Positions 62,101-64,000 of a DNA stretch of 64,000 nt are shown in pieces (the first letter of the stretch is position 1; every line of letters begins with the position of its first letter). A model generated the notes under the pieces. The model was not told the origin of the DNA. It made no database searches and saw only the letters and a list, made by a program, of their open reading frames with translations. The DNA comes from Ophelia neglecta. Taxonomy: Eukaryota. Made by a program: the position numbers and the translations under genes. The stretch covers positions 63,550,001 to 63,614,000 of the forward strand of contig OZ260661.1 of assembly GCA_965285935.1 (NCBI GenBank), in the 5' to 3' direction.

Positions 62101-63957
62101 AATGGGAGTGGAGCCTAAGGCGGAGCTAACTGAAAAGAGGGCTCAACTGGAGAAGTTTAAGGTATTTGTCAATACACTGTGTCCAAGCCACAACAACTGA
62201 GTGATTTTATCAATATCCTTGTTTACACATGTAGAATCTCATAAAGCATGATGGTTGGTTTTACAAATGGTAATATATATCCTTGCTGCTAAGTGTTTGC
62301 ATGCAGCATTAAGTGTGCAAGTATTGAACACAAGTTCATATGATTGTATTGTGACAGGATTATTGATTTTTCAGGCTTACATTCTTGCTAATCCTTTACC
62401 TGGTGTGTGTCTGTACATGGGTATTTTACTCATGATCTCTCACTTGCTTCTCTAAAATGTGCAGGAAAAATGCTGGTTGTTGAACTTTGTGAAAGTCATA
62501 TACTTGCATGGCTATCTCTACAAGCACCTGGCACTAAAGATAAGCCTCAGACATTAAGATACATGTGTGTATGCCCGTGTATGTTATACAGTGGAAATTG
62601 ATGGTAAATTAAGGATAATCATGGCCTGTTGAGTGACGGCCCCGCAGTATGTCCAAGGATGTTCCATTTGGCATATGTAGTAAAAGTGTGTAAGAAGGTT
62701 GAAGTACATGCCAATCAAAGGTTAAGTGTTTTGAGATAAAACTTGTGTTTGGCCTTGGTAGCCTTATTTACTACAGCGTGTTGACAAATGATCTCACATT
62801 ACAATGATAGAGATTAGAAAAAAATAGATACCCATACATATGTGTAAAGAAGATGTTATATGATGCATTATGGGACATTGTCCATGTTGGTGCTGCCTGT
62901 GTGTTAATAATTTCTCTGGGTTTTTCTCTGCAGTCGCTGCTTGCTAATCTCAGCAGTCACCATGAGCAGATGGACGAGGCGGCGGGCCTGGTGGCCCAGC
63001 TGAAGGACAGCTGTCCAGACAAAGATCTGGCCTCCCAACTCTCTGACCTACAGCAGAGACATCAACGGGCCCAGGAACAGGTCCAGGTAAGATCACTGCA
63101 CAGGCTCTCTACAGTCAGTGGCAACCCTACCATAGCTCTCTGGCTTGTTTACATATAAGTTTAGCATCAGTTGAAAATTTATATAGTGAAACTCAATCCG
63201 CAGAAAGCAGGGGAGGTTTTGATGTATACACTGCGTTAGTAATCACATTGTTTGGAATTACAGTTTAAAGTAGATGTATATTTGCCAGGTCTCTGTTACA
63301 AGTAGTGTCAAAGCTAGTGCTGCACCAATGTGCAAAGTTCAGTATAAACCTCAAGGACTGTAACTACTTTTGTTTTGTGATATTTTGTCAGGAGAACATA
63401 GCCAGCTTGAAGAGTGCCTGTGAATTACAGAAGTCCTACCGGGAAGCTCTTCAGGAGTGTGAAAAATGGATACTCCAGATGTCCTTCAAACTCATGTCTC
63501 ACAACACACTAGATGTCAGCACTATCGAAAGAACACAACAACAAATCGAAAAGCACCAGGTTAGTATTAATATATGGGGTTGCATTATACTACTTGTTAT
63601 TTATACTCAAAACAAAACTGCATCATTGTGACATATTATTATTTTCCAATGTTTTTTATTGGGTTATCCCATTTTTACATAAATCCTAATTGTGTTAGCT
63701 TTTGTTGGTCCATGGCATGACGCTAATTTTACAAACTCTTTGAAAACTATGACATGTCTGTTGTGTTGTTTGTGCCTCAGGAGTTGCTGGCTGAGATTGA
63801 TGTGTACCAGAGCCAGTTAGACAGTGTGAGGGAGCAGGGAGAGGCTCTGATCACGGAGAGCCACCACCTGCCCTCCTTGGTGCAGCAGACGGAGACCCAG
63901 CTGGCCAACATGGAGGAGAGCTACCTCTCACTGCAGGCCACCGGCACACAGATCAAA
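3951..63957 (+). CDS. SYNE1: Giant nesprin (nesprin-1/Msp300-like), multi-exon, 3'-partial: CH1-CH2 actin-binding domain plus spectrin-repeat rod; 61 exons, about 7,000 aa in window
   Basis: Spliced translation gives [18 protein letters not shown]...[35 protein letters not shown] (nesprin-type CH1), [14 protein letters not shown]...[26 protein letters not shown] (CH2) and the nesprin motif [22 protein letters not shown], followed by dozens of Trp-marked spectrin repeats. All junctions are GT-AG (one GC-AG) with compatible phases. Confidence 0.93.
5104..5135. repeat. Poly-T tract (32 nt)
   Basis: Seen directly. Confidence 0.95.
6085..6146 (+). CDS. SYNE1: Nesprin exon, start of CH1 ([21 protein letters not shown])
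   Basis: tttttcag acceptor, GTAAAT donor, canonical CH1 motif. Confidence 0.95.
6353..6448 (+). CDS. SYNE1: Nesprin exon, CH1 ([32 protein letters not shown])
   Basis: 96 nt, phase 0-0, CH1 motif DLFEDIKDG. Confidence 0.95.
6652..6735 (+). CDS. SYNE1: Nesprin exon, CH1 ([28 protein letters not shown])
   Basis: 84 nt, AG acceptor, GTAAGT donor. Confidence 0.95.
7700..7719. repeat. Poly-C tract (20 nt)
   Basis: Seen directly. Confidence 0.95.
9023..9115 (+). CDS. SYNE1: Nesprin exon, end of CH1 ([31 protein letters not shown])
   Basis: 93 nt, strong pyrimidine tract, GTAAGT donor. Confidence 0.96.
9451..9629 (+). CDS. SYNE1: Nesprin exon, CH1-CH2 linker and first helix of CH2 (IEEFTK...[14 protein letters not shown])
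   Basis: 179 nt, phase 0-2, GTAAGT donor; Ser-rich linker typical of nesprins. Confidence 0.93.
14427..14446 (+). promoter_or_regulatory. Tandem CCAAT boxes (GCCAATCAGC x2), candidate internal promoter element
   Basis: Perfect 10-bp direct repeat matching the NF-Y consensus, about 850 bp upstream of the ATG at 15297. Confidence 0.4.
15297..16219 (+). CDS. SYNE1: Putative alternative internal first exon of nesprin (307 aa, Ser/Lys/Arg/Pro-rich), skips CH1
   Basis: aaaATGg start, long GC-richer ORF inside the 8.4-kb intron. Donor AA|GTATGT at 16220 is phase 2, matching the CH2 exon at 18000. Confidence 0.75.
18000..18196 (+). CDS. SYNE1: Nesprin exon, CH2 ([16 protein letters not shown]...PRLLDPE)
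   Basis: Phase 2-1, canonical CH2 motif. Confidence 0.96.
18340..18452 (+). CDS. SYNE1: Nesprin exon, end of CH2 ([24 protein letters not shown]...)
   Basis: Phase 1-0, AAG|GTAGAG donor. Confidence 0.95.
18739..21489 (+). CDS. SYNE1: Giant exon (2,751 nt, 917 aa) encoding a low-complexity, repeat-containing insert between CH2 and the spectrin rod; probably alternative
   Basis: Acceptor tttgtctgtacag| is in phase 0 within the 1015-aa ORF. Candidate weak donor AAG|GTTCTT is phase 0; otherwise the frame reads on to the stop at 21609. Confidence 0.75.
21974..22021. repeat. 24-bp tandem duplication (TCTCRTCTGTCCTGTCTGATTTAR x2)
   Basis: Seen directly. Confidence 0.9.
22798..22941 (+). CDS. SYNE1: Nesprin exon, first rod exon ([26 protein letters not shown]...)
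   Basis: 144 nt, phase 0-0; second in-frame acceptor at 22810. Confidence 0.88.
23180..23289. mobile_element. Internally deleted TA-flanked MITE, same family as 56233-56410
   Basis: TA|CAG...CTG|TA ends; shares CCCTAAATCYAAGGAAA..TGGCCCTACATTGCAGGTGGCCCTYCATGG with the 56-kb copy. Confidence 0.8.
25582..25893 (+). CDS. SYNE1: Nesprin rod exon (contains [22 protein letters not shown])
   Basis: 312 nt, CAG acceptor, GTAAGT donor, nesprin-family motif. Confidence 0.93.
26036..26317 (+). CDS. SYNE1: Nesprin rod exon
   Basis: 282 nt, TAG acceptor, GTGAGA donor, [13 protein letters not shown]. Confidence 0.92.
26556..26652 (+). CDS. SYNE1: Nesprin rod exon
   Basis: 97 nt, phase 0-1, GTGAGT donor. 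Confidence 0.9.
26927..27132 (+). CDS. SYNE1: Nesprin rod exon
   Basis: 206 nt, phase 1-0, GTGAGT donor. Confidence 0.92.
27642..27712. repeat. 19-bp minisatellite (TAATGGGTTAAACTCAGAG, about 3.7 copies)
   Basis: Seen directly. Confidence 0.92.
27808..27869. mobile_element. Possible minimal piggyBac-like element
   Basis: TTAA|CCCTTT...AAAGGG|TTAA; short terminal inverted repeats only. Confidence 0.45.
28593..28910 (+). CDS. SYNE1: Nesprin spectrin-repeat exon
   Basis: 318 nt, phase 0-0. Confidence 0.9.
29269..29592 (+). CDS. SYNE1: Nesprin spectrin-repeat exon
   Basis: 324 nt, phase 0-0. Confidence 0.9.
29888..30052 (+). CDS. SYNE1: Nesprin spectrin-repeat exon
   Basis: 165 nt, phase 0-0. 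Confidence 0.9.
30188..30469 (+). CDS. SYNE1: Nesprin spectrin-repeat exon
   Basis: 282 nt, phase 0-0. Confidence 0.9.
30643..30807 (+). CDS. SYNE1: Nesprin spectrin-repeat exon
   Basis: 165 nt, phase 0-0. Confidence 0.9.
31885..32105 (+). CDS. SYNE1: Nesprin spectrin-repeat exon
   Basis: 221 nt, phase 0-2. Confidence 0.9.
32384..32492 (+). CDS. SYNE1: Nesprin spectrin-repeat exon
   Basis: 109 nt, phase 2-0, [12 protein letters not shown]. Confidence 0.9.
33231..33402. mobile_element. Degenerate MITE-like element with internal direct repeats
   Basis: Ends CCGTATTTGA...TCGAATAC; internal repeats TAAAACATTGCAATAAGYGC x2 plus AATAAGTGC. Confidence 0.5.
33455..33775 (+). CDS. SYNE1: Nesprin spectrin-repeat exon
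   Basis: 321 nt, phase 0-0. Confidence 0.9.
33902..34219 (+). CDS. SYNE1: Nesprin spectrin-repeat exon
   Basis: 318 nt, phase 0-0. Confidence 0.9.
34380..34697 (+). CDS. SYNE1: Nesprin spectrin-repeat exon
   Basis: 318 nt, phase 0-0. Confidence 0.9.
34914..36836 (+). CDS. SYNE1: Nesprin large spectrin-repeat exon (641 aa, about 6 repeats)
   Basis: 1,923 nt, phase 0-0. Confidence 0.93.
37293..37628 (+). CDS. SYNE1: Nesprin spectrin-repeat exon
   Basis: 336 nt, phase 0-0. Confidence 0.9.
37868..38836 (+). CDS. SYNE1: Nesprin spectrin-repeat exon (323 aa)
   Basis: 969 nt, phase 0-0. Confidence 0.92.
38967..39119 (+). CDS. SYNE1: Nesprin spectrin-repeat exon
   Basis: 153 nt, phase 0-0. Confidence 0.9.
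39265..39429 (+). CDS. SYNE1: Nesprin spectrin-repeat exon
   Basis: 165 nt, phase 0-0. Confidence 0.9.
39571..39897 (+). CDS. SYNE1: Nesprin spectrin-repeat exon (GEKLYPNT type)
   Basis: 327 nt, phase 0-0. Confidence 0.92.
40775..40915 (+). CDS. SYNE1: Nesprin spectrin-repeat exon
   Basis: 141 nt, phase 0-0. Confidence 0.9.
40969..41146. mobile_element. TA-flanked MITE (Tc1/mariner-pogo type), 178 bp
   Basis: TA|CAGTGAAACC...GGTTTCTCTG|TA with internal GGTGGTCT subrepeats. Confidence 0.8.
41347..41511 (+). CDS. SYNE1: Nesprin spectrin-repeat exon ending at a GC donor
   Basis: 165 nt, like its paralogous exons; donor CAG|GCAAGA. Confidence 0.87.
41918..42241 (+). CDS. SYNE1: Nesprin spectrin-repeat exon
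   Basis: 324 nt, phase 0-0. Confidence 0.92.
42713..42889 (+). CDS. SYNE1: Putative alternative exon, diverged duplicate of exon 43927: cassette to 42853 or terminal exon to TAG at 42889
   Basis: Acceptor cttttacctag|, phase 0. [21 protein letters not shown] resembles [21 protein letters not shown]. Donor AGG|GTTGGT; AATAAA at 42955 and 43033. Confidence 0.6.
   Translation, partial: EIEHEIRSKQTEFKSLSVKTEPVSSGLGSPRPNPPQSRALSSVLAYRVGLLPPSFVPV
43280..43463. mobile_element. TTAA-flanked MITE with about 50-bp terminal inverted repeats (Kolobok-like termini)
   Basis: TTAA|GACAGGGTACAATGTTTTTCCATGCTCCC... pairs with ...GGGAGCTTTGAAAAGAATTGATCCCTGCC|TTAA. Confidence 0.75.
43927..44073 (+). CDS. 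SYNE1: Nesprin spectrin-repeat exon
   Basis: 147 nt, phase 0-0. Confidence 0.9.
44276..45397 (+). CDS. SYNE1: Nesprin spectrin-repeat exon (374 aa)
   Basis: 1,122 nt, phase 0-0. Confidence 0.93.
45556..45708 (+). CDS. SYNE1: Nesprin spectrin-repeat exon
   Basis: 153 nt, phase 0-0. Confidence 0.9.
45932..46423 (+). CDS. SYNE1: Nesprin spectrin-repeat exon
   Basis: 492 nt, phase 0-0. Confidence 0.92.
46552..46869 (+). CDS. SYNE1: Nesprin spectrin-repeat exon
   Basis: 318 nt, phase 0-0. Confidence 0.92.
47198..47521 (+). CDS. SYNE1: Nesprin spectrin-repeat exon
   Basis: 324 nt, phase 0-0. Confidence 0.92.
49399..49551 (+). CDS. SYNE1: Nesprin spectrin-repeat exon
   Basis: 153 nt, phase 0-0. 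Confidence 0.9.
49744..50235 (+). CDS. SYNE1: Nesprin spectrin-repeat exon
   Basis: 492 nt, phase 0-0. Confidence 0.92.
50594..50746 (+). CDS. SYNE1: Nesprin spectrin-repeat exon
   Basis: 153 nt, phase 0-0. Confidence 0.9.
51246..51410 (+). CDS. SYNE1: Nesprin spectrin-repeat exon
   Basis: 165 nt, phase 0-0. Confidence 0.9.
53137..53301 (+). CDS. SYNE1: Nesprin spectrin-repeat exon
   Basis: 165 nt, phase 0-0, AAG acceptor. Confidence 0.87.
53650..53808 (+). CDS. SYNE1: Nesprin spectrin-repeat exon
   Basis: 159 nt, phase 0-0. Confidence 0.9.
53946..54098 (+). CDS. SYNE1: Nesprin spectrin-repeat exon
   Basis: 153 nt, phase 0-0. Confidence 0.9.
54261..55715 (+). CDS. SYNE1: Nesprin spectrin-repeat exon (485 aa)
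   Basis: 1,455 nt, phase 0-0. Confidence 0.93.
55850..56173 (+). CDS. SYNE1: Nesprin spectrin-repeat exon
   Basis: 324 nt, phase 0-0. Confidence 0.92.
56233..56410. mobile_element. TA-flanked MITE (Tc1/mariner-pogo type), 178 bp
   Basis: TA|CAGTGGTCC...GGACCACTG|TA, about 29-bp imperfect terminal inverted repeats, internal GTGGCCCT subrepeats. Confidence 0.85.
56501..56662 (+). CDS. SYNE1: Nesprin spectrin-repeat exon
   Basis: 162 nt, phase 0-0. Confidence 0.9.
56791..56955 (+). CDS. SYNE1: Nesprin spectrin-repeat exon
   Basis: 165 nt, phase 0-0. Confidence 0.9.
57070..57396 (+). CDS. SYNE1: Nesprin spectrin-repeat exon
   Basis: 327 nt, phase 0-0. Confidence 0.92.
57656..57787 (+). CDS. 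SYNE1: Nesprin spectrin-repeat exon
   Basis: 132 nt, phase 0-0. Confidence 0.9.
57968..58153 (+). CDS. SYNE1: Nesprin spectrin-repeat exon
   Basis: 186 nt, phase 0-0. Confidence 0.9.
58347..58979 (+). CDS. SYNE1: Nesprin spectrin-repeat exon
   Basis: 633 nt, phase 0-0. Confidence 0.92.
59106..59429 (+). CDS. SYNE1: Nesprin spectrin-repeat exon
   Basis: 324 nt, phase 0-0. Confidence 0.92.
59759..59911 (+). CDS. SYNE1: Nesprin spectrin-repeat exon
   Basis: 153 nt, phase 0-0. Confidence 0.9.
61360..61524 (+). CDS. SYNE1: Nesprin spectrin-repeat exon
   Basis: 165 nt, phase 0-0. Confidence 0.9.
61835..62161 (+). CDS. SYNE1: Nesprin spectrin-repeat exon
   Basis: 327 nt, phase 0-0. Confidence 0.92.
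62934..63086 (+). CDS. SYNE1: Nesprin spectrin-repeat exon
   Basis: 153 nt, phase 0-0. Confidence 0.9.
63392..63559 (+). CDS. SYNE1: Nesprin spectrin-repeat exon
   Basis: 168 nt, phase 0-0. Confidence 0.9.
63781..63957 (+). CDS. SYNE1: Nesprin spectrin-repeat exon (last in window; gene continues)
   Basis: 177 nt, phase 0-0, GTGAGT donor. Confidence 0.9.
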
Positions 63958-64000
63958 GTGAGTCACTGCGATAGTCAGCATCAGATAACACAAAAAAGAA

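Noticed and set aside
6085-63957. Assignment to dystrophin/utrophin, spectrin or MACF1/Shot
   Set aside because: The CH1 ending [11 protein letters not shown], the LDxxLPxxLGxIGxWLxRAE motif, the absence of a plakin/SH3 domain after the CH domains and the very long rod all fit nesprin.

Overview
AT-rich animal genomic DNA, probably an invertebrate lophotrochozoan such as a mollusc or brachiopod (inference only). Nearly the whole window is the 5' and central part of one giant plus-strand nesprin gene (SYNE1/Msp300/ANC-1 family). I reconstructed 61 in-frame exons by hand from splice sites and phase (3951-63957, about 7,000 codons). They encode the tandem calponin-homology actin-binding domain (CH1-CH2) and a long spectrin-repeat rod. 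The gene runs off the right edge and no KASH domain is in the window. The most interesting signals are hidden isoform-generating exons: a phase-matched internal first exon that would remove CH1, a 2.75-kb phase-0 giant exon with its own 103-106 aa repeat between CH2 and the rod, a duplicated rod exon usable as a cassette or terminal exon, and a second cryptic intronic exon. The rod also shows a 2- and 4-spectrin-repeat superstructure whose exon lengths record precise intron loss and gain, and there is one GC-AG intron. Introns carry several small non-autonomous DNA transposons (TA- and TTAA-flanked MITEs). All splicing and isoform calls are predictions from sequence; none is transcript-confirmed.
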